Source: an uncultured archaeon (lineage in GTDB: Archaea; Asgardarchaeota; Heimdallarchaeia; Heimdallarchaeales; Heimdallarchaeaceae). Taken from it: a stretch of 64,000 nt of DNA. Position 1 is the stretch's first letter, and every line of letters begins with the position of its first letter. The notes under the pieces were generated by a model that did not search any database, was not told the DNA's origin, and worked only from the letters and a program-made list of their open reading frames with translations. The translations under genes were made by a program, and so were the position numbers. The stretch is taken from contig CAZHRF010000001.1 in assembly GCA_964534625.1 (NCBI GenBank), forward strand, positions 76,216 to 140,215. The letters run 5' to 3'. This document shows positions 1 to 9,318 of the stretch, in pieces.

Positions 1-2622
1 TGCTTTTCCATGATCACTTTTAGCTGGATCTACATTATCTTCACCAAATAGAAATTGCACTATTTCCCCGGTTGCATTCCGGACGGTTTTATCATAACAA
101 GAAGAAACATCTTGTAATGCATTCACCAACCTTCTTTGCATGTAACCACTCTGTGAAGTACGAACAGCTGTATCCACTAGTCCCTCTCTTCCACCACATG
201 CATGCATAAAGAATTCAATAGGATTCAAACCCTGTTTAAAACTACTATCAACAAATCCATGGGCTTCTGCTGATAAATCATCTTGTTTAAAGAAAGGTAA
301 GACCCTTCTTTTATATCCTCGGTGGATTCTTTGTCCTCTAACTGCTTGTTGACCAACACACGCACTCATTTGACCAAGATTAAGCATGTTCCCTCTAGCT
401 CCTGTTTTAGCCATGATTAGTGCTTCATTATCCTCGTCTAAGTATTCAGCACTCACATTGGAACTATCGGAACGTGCTTTTGATAGAACTTCCATTATTT
501 TGGCTTCTAACGTTTCTTCTTCTGTACGACCGGGTTGTCTCTCTAATGTCCCCTTCTCATACTTATCGATAATATCTAAAACATCTGTTTTAGCTTTATT
601 AAGAATATTTGTGATCTTTTGTTCGCCTTCATTTGGGATATCAACATCACTAGCACTCATACTGAATCCGCGAAGAGTAATGTTGGTGATTAACATGCGT
701 GTAACACTATCCAAAAAATCTTTGGTTATTTCCGCACCATATTCTTTAAGAATTCGATGTAAAACACTATCTGGGACCTCAGCGCCAAAAGCTTTTTTAT
801 CAATAACACCAGACATTAACCTTCCGTCTTTGATTAAAATATATCCTTCATTAGGGCAGTCCCTTTTTTTACATTTTTCATGATTTTCACACATATTGTT
901 TGTCATTGTAAAATCAAAACCATCAGGTAACAAACAGCTAAAAAGTTTTTTCCCCGACCACAAAGATTCCCCGTTTTCATCTGTAAAATCTGAAGATGGA
1001 AGAGAATCTAGTCCAGCTGCTGTTAGCAACTGTGAAGTCTCGCTAAGCGTATATTTTGCTTGTTTTCTGGTAAGAAAATAAGCACTAGTAATAAAATCTT
1101 GAATTGCTCCAATAATTGGTCCTCCATATCGAGGAGTACTAATTTGTTCTTGAACCCTCATTAAAATTCTAGATTCGGCTTGAGCTTCTTCGCTTTGAGG
1201 AACATGCAGATTCATTTCATCGCCATCAAAATCTGCATTATAAGGGCGACAAACTGGTAATGTAAGTCGGAATGTTTTATAAGGAACAACAACAACTTCA
1301 TGTGCCATAATACTCATTCTGTGTAAACTTGGTTGCCGATTAAAAAGAACTATATCTCCATTGCGAAGGTGGCGTTCAATTATAAAACCGGGTTTTAAGG
1401 TATCTCCAACAGCTTGTAAATTTCTAGCATAACGAAGATCTACACGACGACCATCTGGGCGAATAATGTAATTTGCACCTGGAAAAGAGCGTGGCCCTTT
1501 CATGACTAATTCTTTCATCTCTTCTATGTTCCACTCTGTAACACGTTCTGGAACTGTTAAAATTTCTGCAATATCACGAGGAACACCCACCTCATTAATG
1601 CTAAGGAGGGGATCAGGACTAATGACAGTACGTGCGCTAAAATCAACACGTTTTCCACTAAGATTAGAACGAAATCGTCCTTCTTTTCCTTTAAGCCGTT
1701 GTGTGATGGTACGCAAAGCACGACCACTACGATGGCGAGAGGGTGGAATACCGCTAATTTCATTATCAAAATAAGTGCTAACGTGATATTGAAGTAGTTC
1801 CCATAAATCTTCAACAATAAGTTGAGGTGCACCTGCTTCACGATTCTCTAAAAGACGTTGATTTATACGAATAATATCAACAAGTTTATGTGTTAAATCA
1901 TCTTCTGAGCGTATCCCGTTATCAAGTGTGATGCTAGGACGAACACTAACTGGTGGAACGGGTAAAACCCAAAGTACCATCCATTCGGGACGGGCGTATT
2001 TAGGATTTATAGACATTAAATAACAATCATCATCTGGAATGTCTTTAAGCCAAGCATGAATATCTAGGGGACTAAATTTGTTGTTTTGTTTTTGACCATT
2101 TTCAGTAGGTATTTCCTCAAAATAAGTTGTGGGTTTCTCTAAGCGCACTTTGAACTGTTCAGAACCACAATAAGGACACTCTGATTTCTTTGCTGCACGT
2201 TTCATAATGTCATCGGATAGTTCGTAATCTTGAAGTCCCCATTGTGACTCATACTCTTTCATCTTCGAACGAACTTGTTGGATCTCAAACTCGTTGAGAA
2301 GGATGCGATGACAAGAACGACAAGTAGCACGAAGAACTTTATAAAGAAGTTTGTTAAAACCAACATGAATAACAGGACGAGAAAATTCTATATGGCCAAA
2401 ATGCCCAGGGCACGAACCAACGCGAGCACCACATGTTTTACACCGCTGACCAGGATCAATAGTACCAAGAAGTCCATCCATGAGTCCAGATGTGACAGGA
2501 GTTCCGTCACTGTCGTAAGTGTCAGGAGTAATAATACGTTCGACACTCATTTTCCGGATCGTATCAGGATCAAGTAAACCGAATTGTATACCTTTAATTG
2601 ATTTAAAACCTTTTGAACTCAT
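1..2622 (-). CDS. rpoA1: DNA-directed RNA polymerase subunit A' (3'-truncated by window edge)
   Basis: Manual translation from ATG 2622 gives MSSKGFKSIKGIQFGLLDPDTIRKMSV..., Zn motif CKTCG...CPGHFGHIE, catalytic PYNADFDGDEMN (~1210-1245) and bridge helix GGREGLVDTAVRTSQSGYMQRRL. The segments checked are in frame to position 1. Confidence 0.98.
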   Translation of the reverse strand, partial: MSSKGFKSIKGIQFGLLDPDTIRKMSVERIITPDTYDSDGTPVTSGLMDGLLGTIDPGQRCKTCGARVGSCPGHFGHIEFSRPVIHVGFNKLLYKVLRATCRSCHRILLNEFEIQQVRSKMKEYESQWGLQDYELSDDIMKRAAKKSECPYCGSEQFKVRLEKPTTYFEEIPTENGQKQNNKFSPLDIHAWLKDIPDDDCYLMSINPKYARPEWMVLWVLPVPPVSVRPSITLDNGIRSEDDLTHKLVDIIRINQRLLENREAGAPQLIVEDLWELLQYHVSTYFDNEISGIPPSRHRSGRALRTITQRLKGKEGRFRSNLSGKRVDFSARTVISPDPLLSINEVGVPRDIAEILTVPERVTEWNIEEMKELVMKGPRSFPGANYIIRPDGRRVDLRYARNLQAVGDTLKPGFIIERHLRNGDIVLFNRQPSLHRMSIMAHEVVVVPYKTFRLTLPVCRPYNADFDGDEMNLHVPQSEEAQAESRILMRVQEQISTPRYGGPIIGAIQDFITSAYFLTRKQAKYTLSETSQLLTAAGLDSLPSSDFTDENGESLWSGKKLFSCLLPDGFDFTMTNNMCENHEKCKKRDCPNEGYILIKDGRLMSGVIDKKAFGAEVPDSVLHRILKEYGAEITKDFLDSVTRMLITNITLRGFSMSASDVDIPNEGEQKITNILNKAKTDVLDIIDKYEKGTLERQPGRTEEETLEAKIMEVLSKARSDSSNVSAEYLDEDNEALIMAKTGARGNMLNLGQMSACVGQQAVRGQRIHRGYKRRVLPFFKQDDLSAEAHGFVDSSFKQGLNPIEFFMHACGGREGLVDTAVRTSQSGYMQRRLVNALQDVSSCYDKTVRNATGEIVQFLFGEDNVDPAKSDHGKA

Positions 2623-2794
2623 TTAATCTTTCTCCAAAAAACTTTGATTCTCTCCACTAACCAAATCAATTACTCTCAATTGATTTCCCTTCCGTCTTGA
2701 TAAAAAGGTTTTGATTTTTAACTAATGTTTTCTTTTTGATCTAAACTTAAAGGGTATTTTAATTATATGTATTTTAATTAAAAATTAGTAAAAG

Positions 2795-2906
2795 TGGCGC
2801 CCGAGCCGGGATTTGAACCCGGGTCGAGGGAGTTTTGCGTCCCTTGTCTGCGGTCTCGCAGGGGTCTTGACAGTCCCCCATCATGGCCGAGCTAAACTAC
2901 TCGAGC
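2795..2906 (-). tRNA. tRNA-Asp(GTC) with 35-nt intron at 37/38 (2833-2867), CCA encoded
   Basis: Reverse complement has acceptor GCTCGAG/CTCGGGC, anticodon arm GGGGA-CT GTC A[intron]C-TCCCT, T arm CCGGG TTCAAAT CCCGG and G73-CCA. Confidence 0.93.
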
Positions 2907-3128
2907 TTTTTGGTAATTTTGCTTTTTTTGTGCTATTTTTATGAGAAACACTTTCCCATTTAAACTTGTCGTTTTTGAACAGCTTGGTGTATTTACTTTT
3001 ATTTAAATAATATATTCTAAGAGTCTTAACTTTCATTTCATCAACTGTTTACTCTTTGATGGAGAAACGAAACTTGGTAAAGAAGCATATATTATTAAAT
3101 TAGTTTTTATACATGATATTGATGGCTT

Positions 3129-3605
3129 ATGACAAAAGCAAAGATAAAAACTAATAAAGGACTAATATTTATTGGATTTTTTGACCAATCAACACCTAAT
3201 ACTGTGAAAAATTTTGTTGTTTTAGCTAAATCCCATTTTTATGATGATGTAACTTTTCACAGAGTAATTCCCAATTTTGTTGTACAAGGTGGAGATCCAG
3301 ATGGAACTGGGCGTGGAGGCCCAGGTTATACCATACCCGATGAATTCGCCAATGATAAACAAAAACATACCTTGGGCGCTATCTCCATGGCTAATACAGG
3401 TGAACCAAATTCAAATGGCTCACAATTTTTCATAGTTTTGAATCCTGATAATTGTAAACATTTGGATAACAAGCACACAGTTTTTGGACAGGTAATTGAG
3501 GGAATGGAGACTGTAAACAAAATTGAGCAAGGAGATAAAATCTTAAAAGTAAATATTATCGAAGAAAGTGATTTGATCAAAAATCATCAGTTAACAAGAT
3601 TGTAA
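3129..3605 (+). CDS. ppiA: cyclophilin-type peptidyl-prolyl isomerase
   Basis: FHRVIPNFVVQGGDP, SMANTG..NSNGSQFFI and HLDNKHTVFGQV motifs. Confidence 0.96.
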   Translation: MTKAKIKTNKGLIFIGFFDQSTPNTVKNFVVLAKSHFYDDVTFHRVIPNFVVQGGDPDGTGRGGPGYTIPDEFANDKQKHTLGAISMANTGEPNSNGSQFFIVLNPDNCKHLDNKHTVFGQVIEGMETVNKIEQGDKILKVNIIEESDLIKNHQLTRL

Positions 3606-3701
3606 TTTCTTACATTTTTTAAATCGATATATATGTAAACTGTTTTTGATTTTAAACCCTTTAGATAGCGTAGGGGTAGATGTAAAAAATTTTGAGACAT
3701 A

Positions 3702-3823
3702 TGGTGGCTCGGAGGGGTTTCGATCCCCTGACCTCAAGATTTCCCATCCGAGGTTCTAGACTGGAACTAGCCCTTTTAATCAAGATTATGAGTCTTGCGC
3801 TCCACCGTCTGAGCTACCGAGCC
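3702..3823 (-). tRNA. tRNA with CAT anticodon (elongator Met or Ile2), 46-nt intron at 37/38 (3741-3786), CCA encoded
   Basis: Acceptor GGCTCGG/CCGAGCC, anticodon arm CAAGA-CT CAT A[intron]A-TCTTG, BHB central helix CTCA/TGGG. It lacks the A1-U72 pair and the three G-C pairs of an initiator. Confidence 0.92.
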
Positions 3824-3853
3824 ATTTTATTTCACTTTTTTCCACATGAAAGT

Positions 3854-4399
3854 TTATTCTTGTTTTTTAGTTAAATATTTTTGTATCAAATCATGTCCTT
3901 TTCCTATTTTGTTTCGACAAGGAATAGGAAAACGTGTATTGGCTCTCTTTAAAGCTTCTACTGCATGGTCATAGAACCTTGCATATGTCCTTATTGTAAC
4001 TAGTTCTTGTCCCTCTTTTACTCTGGCAGCTCTATCAGTTGGTTTTCCAAATGATAATCTCATACCATCCTGGATACGATCTGCTCCAGCCACTGCCATC
4101 ATTTTATTTTCTCGTAATATATGGTGTGGTTTAACTCTTATAGTCATATGGTAGTTCTTTATTCCAACTTTTTTCTGTAAATATCGGTTTACTGCCATTC
4201 TTGCGGCTTCTAAAGCCGTATGTCTAATTTGGCAGCTTTCATCAGCTGTCAAATGGAGGTGAACAGGAAATGTTTCTTTTCTGTTCCCAGAATCATAAGC
4301 TCTGATTCTTGAATCTGGTGCTCCTCTTACGTATTTTTTTGTTCTAGTATATGCAGGACCTTTTACTCGTCGATAACATCTAGCTGGTCTTTTACCCAT
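3854..4399 (-). CDS. rpl10e: 50S ribosomal protein L10e (uL16)
   Basis: MGKRPARCYR and GADRIQDGMRLSFGKP; GGTGA Shine-Dalgarno before ATG 4399. Confidence 0.97.
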   Translation of the reverse strand: MGKRPARCYRRVKGPAYTRTKKYVRGAPDSRIRAYDSGNRKETFPVHLHLTADESCQIRHTALEAARMAVNRYLQKKVGIKNYHMTIRVKPHHILRENKMMAVAGADRIQDGMRLSFGKPTDRAARVKEGQELVTIRTYARFYDHAVEALKRANTRFPIPCRNKIGKGHDLIQKYLTKKQE

Positions 4400-4432
4400 A
4401 ATTATCACCTAATTTTATCTTAATTAATATCA

Positions 4433-5008
4433 TTATCTTGCAGAAAGGGCTATCCTTTCTAGTTCTTGTTTCTTTCTAACAGCAGAGCTATTTGAGTCTC
4501 CTGAGGCTGCCAACATTAATTCTTCGGATACTATTTCTTCTGCTGATTTTACATTATTGAAACTCTTTTGTATTATAGCAATTGAAAGATAACGGAGTGC
4601 AATATCAACCCTGCGAAGAGGTGCAATGTCTACACTACTGTGTTGTACAACACCACCATAAGTGATCCTTGTTGTTTCCTCTCTTGGAGCAGCATTACAT
4701 ATCGCATCAACTAATATTTGAATTGGATTTTTATCCGTTCGAAGATGTATTATTTCAAAAGCAACTTTAACAATATTGATTGCTCTTAACTTCTTTCCAG
4801 CATTTCTCTCTCTTCTCATGAGCTGATTGATAAATCTCTCAACAATATTCATTTCAGCTTTTTTAAATCTCTGGTCTTGATTTCTTCCGCCAGAATGAGG
4901 ATAATAGATTGGTTTCAGTGATATATATCTTTGTAAACCCAAATCATTAATTTCTACATCCTCAAAGGACCATTTACCAAATAATTTAATTGAATCTTCT
5001 TTGCTCAT
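4433..5008 (-). CDS. rps7: 30S ribosomal protein S7 (uS7)
   Basis: KLFGKWS, NAAPREETTRI, VDIAPLRRVD and ELERIALSAR. Confidence 0.98.
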   Translation of the reverse strand: MSKEDSIKLFGKWSFEDVEINDLGLQRYISLKPIYYPHSGGRNQDQRFKKAEMNIVERFINQLMRRERNAGKKLRAINIVKVAFEIIHLRTDKNPIQILVDAICNAAPREETTRITYGGVVQHSSVDIAPLRRVDIALRYLSIAIIQKSFNNVKSAEEIVSEELMLAASGDSNSSAVRKKQELERIALSAR

Positions 5009-5092
5009 TTTACTGTCCTCTTCTGATATTTAGCCAAACCCGATGATATTTAAAAATCTAATGTTGAAAGACCAACTTTAGATGTGAAAAAG

Positions 5093-6091
5093 TTAAAGTT
5101 TCATACGTTTAATTAGCCATGGAGCAAGTAATATGATTGTGGGTCCAAGAAGTGCATAACGAAGAATGTCTAAAGTGATTTCTAACCATGGAACATGTAC
5201 GATTATAGTTCCAAACAATATTTTTAATCCAAAATATATGGTTGAAAATGTAAGCATTGCAATTACAAAGCGAAGAATGTATTTCCACCACTTGTCAGTC
5301 TTTGTATCATAGTTTACAAAATGTTCTTCAACAGAATATGATAATGTAGCTGTAGCAAAAAGCGTAAGATATTTGATATTATTTATAAAAGTTTCATGAT
5401 TATCAATTAATAGCGTAAAAATAACAATAAAAATACTGAATAATCCGATAATTATTAAGAATTGATATTGAATTTTCATTTTTTTCATATAATTTGTAAC
5501 TGGTTCTTCAAAAAGAACATACAAACCTAAGATAATTAATCCCAGTCCCAGTCCCATTAAAACATCTGTAAACCAATGAACTTGAAGATATATTCGTGAA
5601 AAACTCACCAAAGCTATTAGTAAAACTAGAGCAAGATTTATCCATCGTCTCTTAATCATTGTTATAAGTGTTCCAAATAATGTTGTTGGAAGTTGTGTAT
5701 GACCACTTGGAAGACCTGGATCCGTTGCATTAACACGATAGTGTCGAGTACTATCTGGTCTAGGAAGATTGAAAGCATACTTTAAACTCGTATTGATGAA
5801 TGTTGAAAAAAATAGAACAAACATTGCTCTGAACCCTTTTTTCTTATTCCATATATAATAAAGTGATAACAAAATAAAAACATAAGATAAAAATTCGCCA
5901 ATATTTGTGATGTAAAAAAACACCTCAGCGAGAAAAGTAGTCCTATTATTCAACAAGTAGTCAGAGATAAAAAGATCCAATTGATTTCTCTCAGGGTATG
6001 AACTATAGACAATAATGAGTGATATAATAGAAGACATTAATCCAGTAATTATAAGCGTGATTCCGGCTTGTTTTTTATTCATAGAAAACAT
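5093..6091 (-). CDS. PAP2-family membrane lipid phosphatase
   Basis: KxxxxxxRP (KYAFNLPRP), PSGH and SRIYLQVHWFTDV motifs; multiple TM helices. Confidence 0.92.
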   Translation of the reverse strand: MFSMNKKQAGITLIITGLMSSIISLIIVYSSYPERNQLDLFISDYLLNNRTTFLAEVFFYITNIGEFLSYVFILLSLYYIWNKKKGFRAMFVLFFSTFINTSLKYAFNLPRPDSTRHYRVNATDPGLPSGHTQLPTTLFGTLITMIKRRWINLALVLLIALVSFSRIYLQVHWFTDVLMGLGLGLIILGLYVLFEEPVTNYMKKMKIQYQFLIIIGLFSIFIVIFTLLIDNHETFINNIKYLTLFATATLSYSVEEHFVNYDTKTDKWWKYILRFVIAMLTFSTIYFGLKILFGTIIVHVPWLEITLDILRYALLGPTIILLAPWLIKRMKL

Positions 6092-6122
6092 ATCAAATAC
6101 TCATAAATATATTTTTTGTGCG

Positions 6123-7262
6123 TTATTTATCAAGAATATTAACTACATCGATAAACTTCTGAATATCCTTTTCTGTATTAAAAAAATGTGGTGATACTCT
6201 TATACCGTTGAATCTATTAGCACAGCTAATAGCTTTTTTTCGTAATAACAAAATCATTTCATTGGATTTAATCTTTTTTGGTATAAAATTGACAATTCCA
6301 CTTATTTTATCTGATTCAATTGGTGATTGTAGTTCATAATTTTTATCTATGAGATTATCAAGTAACATTTTTACTAAATTTTTGATATGTCGTTCAATTT
6401 TTGCTACTGAGATTTTCTGAATAAGCTTTATGGAATTATCTAAACCAAAAATATTAGAAAAGGCTGGATTCCCGATTTCAAATTTTCTACCGGTATTAGC
6501 AAATGTTTTATTTTTTAATGCATAACTATCCAAGGGGTCATAATTCAACCAACCTCTAAAAGGCGGATCTAGTTGTTTTGCTATTTCTCTCTTCACATAG
6601 AGAAAACCGACCCCTAATGGACCGACTAACCATTTATGTCCCCCACAGGCAATAAAATCAGCTTTAATTTGCTTGTTATCAAATTCTAACGCACCAATAC
6701 CTTGGATTGCGTCAACTAATACCTTACAGTTATAATCGTGAGAAACTTTTATTATTTCTTTTAAAGGCATTTTTGCTCCACTAGAGTATTGAACAAATGA
6801 GATAGTTACCAATTTAGTACGATTAGATATCGCCTCGTTCACTTCTTCTGGAGTCACATAGCCTTTTTTGGCTTCAATTACTTTCATTTTTGTCCCATAT
6901 TTATCACATATGGCTTCCCATGGTGTATAATTGCTCGGGAATTCTAAATCACAAAGAACGATTTCATCTTCTTTCTTCCATGGTAAAGCATAAGCAATAG
7001 TATTAATCCCTTCTCCCGTGTTTTTTAAAAAGGATATTTCTTGTTTTTGCACATTAATTAAATCTGCAACAGTTTTTCTTGCTTGTTCCATATTTTTTAA
7101 CCAGCTATCATATCGCTCCTCTCCATATCCTGCTCTTTCGTGCAAAAAAGTATTAATGGTCTGAATTGTGGAGACAGGTAATGGACTTGTTGCCGCTGTG
7201 TTAAGATAAGTCATTTTTTTTGTTATTGGGAATTCTTTCTGGGTTTTTTCACTATTAATCAT
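6123..7262 (-). CDS. class V PLP-dependent aminotransferase/lyase
   Basis: YLNTAATSP, DAIQ, GHKWL (PLP lysine) and RVSPHFFN; lacks the RxGxHC/SSGSAC desulfurase cysteine motif. Confidence 0.88.
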   Translation of the reverse strand: MINSEKTQKEFPITKKMTYLNTAATSPLPVSTIQTINTFLHERAGYGEERYDSWLKNMEQARKTVADLINVQKQEISFLKNTGEGINTIAYALPWKKEDEIVLCDLEFPSNYTPWEAICDKYGTKMKVIEAKKGYVTPEEVNEAISNRTKLVTISFVQYSSGAKMPLKEIIKVSHDYNCKVLVDAIQGIGALEFDNKQIKADFIACGGHKWLVGPLGVGFLYVKREIAKQLDPPFRGWLNYDPLDSYALKNKTFANTGRKFEIGNPAFSNIFGLDNSIKLIQKISVAKIERHIKNLVKMLLDNLIDKNYELQSPIESDKISGIVNFIPKKIKSNEMILLLRKKAISCANRFNGIRVSPHFFNTEKDIQKFIDVVNILDK

Positions 7263-7293
7263 TTTTATTCTATATTAATATATATGATATGAT

Positions 7294-8220
7294 TCATATT
7301 TTTTTCGTCTTCTCTCTTATTGAAATTATAACAATGGAAAAGAAGACTAAAATTCCTCCAGTAATTGTCCAAATCGTTGGGATTTCAGTAAATAAAATGG
7401 CTTCTAAAACGAAAGCGACCAAAACTTCAATAAGCATTAAAATACTACTTGGTCCTGCTTCAATTTGTTTAAGCCCATACGTATATAATCCAAATGCAAC
7501 AACAGTACAGATGATAGATAAATAGCATACAGCTAATACAGACTCAAAAGTGATTTGTAAGGATATTTCCCTAATTGAATATTGAAAAAATACAAAGGGT
7601 AAACATGATAATAGAAAAAGAGTAGTCCATAAAAGTGTAACAGAGAAAATGTCAAAACTTGAATGCTTTGGATTTTTATTCAAAAAATTCTTTGAAATAA
7701 TGATATATGCTGTCCAAGCTAAACTTGAAAGAAGAATGATTAAATCTCCCATTATAGTACCCTTACTTAATTGAGAGAAGTTAAGATTAGTAGAAATAAA
7801 AAAAACCCCTGAAACACCTATTACTCCACTAATTAAAACGGACCAATGATACTTCTCTTTAAGTACTAAAGGTGAAAAAATTGGAACTATGATGACATAA
7901 AAATTTACAAACAGTGATGCTTTACCAGCTGTTGTGTTTTGTTGTCCAATAAACTGAGATAGAAAAGCTAATGCATTTATTAATCCTATAATTATTACAT
8001 CCTTCTTCAGAAGTAGTTTTTTTATTTTTTGTATTCTAGATAAAAAGAACGGTGTTAAGATGATAACCGCAAGAGAAAATCGAAAAAAAACAAAAAGGAC
8101 GGGAGTAATATATTCTAATCCCCATCTTACTGCAATAAAGCTTGTGCCCCAAAGAATTGCAGCTAAAACTATCAAAAGTAGTGGATACATATTTGAAATC
8201 TGATCATGATTAACCGACAT
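7294..8220 (-). CDS. EamA/DMT-family transporter
   Basis: LWGTSF, about 10 TM helices in two repeats, GDLIILLSSLAW. Confidence 0.92.
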   Translation of the reverse strand: MSVNHDQISNMYPLLLIVLAAILWGTSFIAVRWGLEYITPVLFVFFRFSLAVIILTPFFLSRIQKIKKLLLKKDVIIIGLINALAFLSQFIGQQNTTAGKASLFVNFYVIIVPIFSPLVLKEKYHWSVLISGVIGVSGVFFISTNLNFSQLSKGTIMGDLIILLSSLAWTAYIIISKNFLNKNPKHSSFDIFSVTLLWTTLFLLSCLPFVFFQYSIREISLQITFESVLAVCYLSIICTVVAFGLYTYGLKQIEAGPSSILMLIEVLVAFVLEAILFTEIPTIWTITGGILVFFSIVIISIREKTKKI

Positions 8221-8276
8221 AAGGGTATTTTTCTCCCTATGAGTTTATATACTAATCTCTAACTATATTAATTAGT

Positions 8277-9224
8277 ATGTCTAGAAACTTGTTACCATTA
8301 TTACTATTAAAACATATGGGGATTATCAAAGGGAACACACAATTCCAGAAATTAATGTTTTTATTAAATTTTGAGTACAATGTAGATACAAGATATGTCT
8401 TTGAGCCTTGGAAATATGGTCCTTATTGTGAAATCTTATCTCAAGATGTAGACACATTAACAGAATATGGTTACATTTATCATGAGAAAAAAGAACTAAC
8501 AGAAGGAGAAAAAATTAATCGGTATCAGTTGACTGAATATGGCGAACAATGTCTTCTTGAACATGAAATCAATCAATCTGTTGAATCAATAATTGAAGAT
8601 TTATGTCAAAATTTCGGAAATTTAGCATTAAGAGCATTAATTGAATATATATATGAAAAATATCCAGACTATACAATAAAGTCAGAAATAAAAGACGAAT
8701 ATTGTCATCCCAATCCAAAGCTTTCTGGCTTTAAACCCGCGAATGAGTTGATAATGAAGCCAACAATCAGTCCTTCATTTGTTGATTGGTTGGAGGATGA
8801 GTTAAAAGAAACCAAGGAGAGATTGAATGTTGTAGACGCTCCTGTTTTTCAAAATGAAGCAGAGACCCCAGTAGATGAAATCATATTATCGATGCTTGAT
8901 ATCGCATATGAAGATCTAAATGAACAAGCACAAAATATTACTACTGAAATAGCCATACATGACTATGAAGAATCTGGTAATATAAATAATCAAATCTATT
9001 TTATCTTGGAAATGATTCATGAGATGCTAAATGCATTAACAGAAAATGATATTATTGGAGTATTCACGGAATTTGCTAATATTCAAACAAATATGCAAAT
9101 GCTGCATGAAAGACTAGAGTTGCACGCTTTATCGTTAAAATCTGCATTAATAAGAAAGGTACAAGAGTTCATGGGTGAGGTAAATTACTTACTTGAGAGT
9201 ATAGACAAACTAATTATGTTATGA
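8277..9224 (+). CDS. Panacea/SocA (DUF4065/YwgA)-like winged-helix protein with acidic helical C-terminal extension
   Basis: FQKLMFLL...FEPWKYGPY..L..D matches the LQKL...GP signature; wing YQLTEYGE. Confidence 0.7.
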   Translation: MSRNLLPLLLLKHMGIIKGNTQFQKLMFLLNFEYNVDTRYVFEPWKYGPYCEILSQDVDTLTEYGYIYHEKKELTEGEKINRYQLTEYGEQCLLEHEINQSVESIIEDLCQNFGNLALRALIEYIYEKYPDYTIKSEIKDEYCHPNPKLSGFKPANELIMKPTISPSFVDWLEDELKETKERLNVVDAPVFQNEAETPVDEIILSMLDIAYEDLNEQAQNITTEIAIHDYEESGNINNQIYFILEMIHEMLNALTENDIIGVFTEFANIQTNMQMLHERLELHALSLKSALIRKVQEFMGEVNYLLESIDKLIML

Positions 9225-9234
9225 TGTTTAAAAA

Positions 9235-9302
9235 CACTCCCCCAAAAGGTTAGGGGGGTGAAAATGTCCCCCTTCTCATAGAGAGGTTGATTGGTTTTTT
9301 TG
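9235..9302 (+). other. GC-rich hairpin cluster followed by a T-run (terminator/attenuator or element end)
   Basis: CACTCCCC(9235-42)/GGGGGGTG(9253-60), CTTCTC/GAGAGG(9272-86), then TTTTTTT. Confidence 0.55.
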
Positions 9303-9318
9303 CAAGAGAAGCTGTACT

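Noticed and set aside
386-2577. Short track ORFs at 386, 896, 1502, 1557 and 2275
   Set aside because: They are antisense or off-frame shadows of rpoA', which the track missed because it has no stop in the window.
3692-3874. ORFs overlapping tRNAs (also 36179-36367, 54703-54900, 56370-56690)
   Set aside because: They overlap clear tRNA genes and have no protein features.
6123-7262. Second cysteine desulfurase or kynureninase
   Set aside because: It lacks the catalytic Cys motif, and kynureninase-specific motifs were not recognised. Left as class V.
9222-9281. UGA read-through (Sec) of the Panacea-like ORF via the downstream hairpin
   Set aside because: The extension is short and featureless, and the hairpin lacks SECIS motifs.
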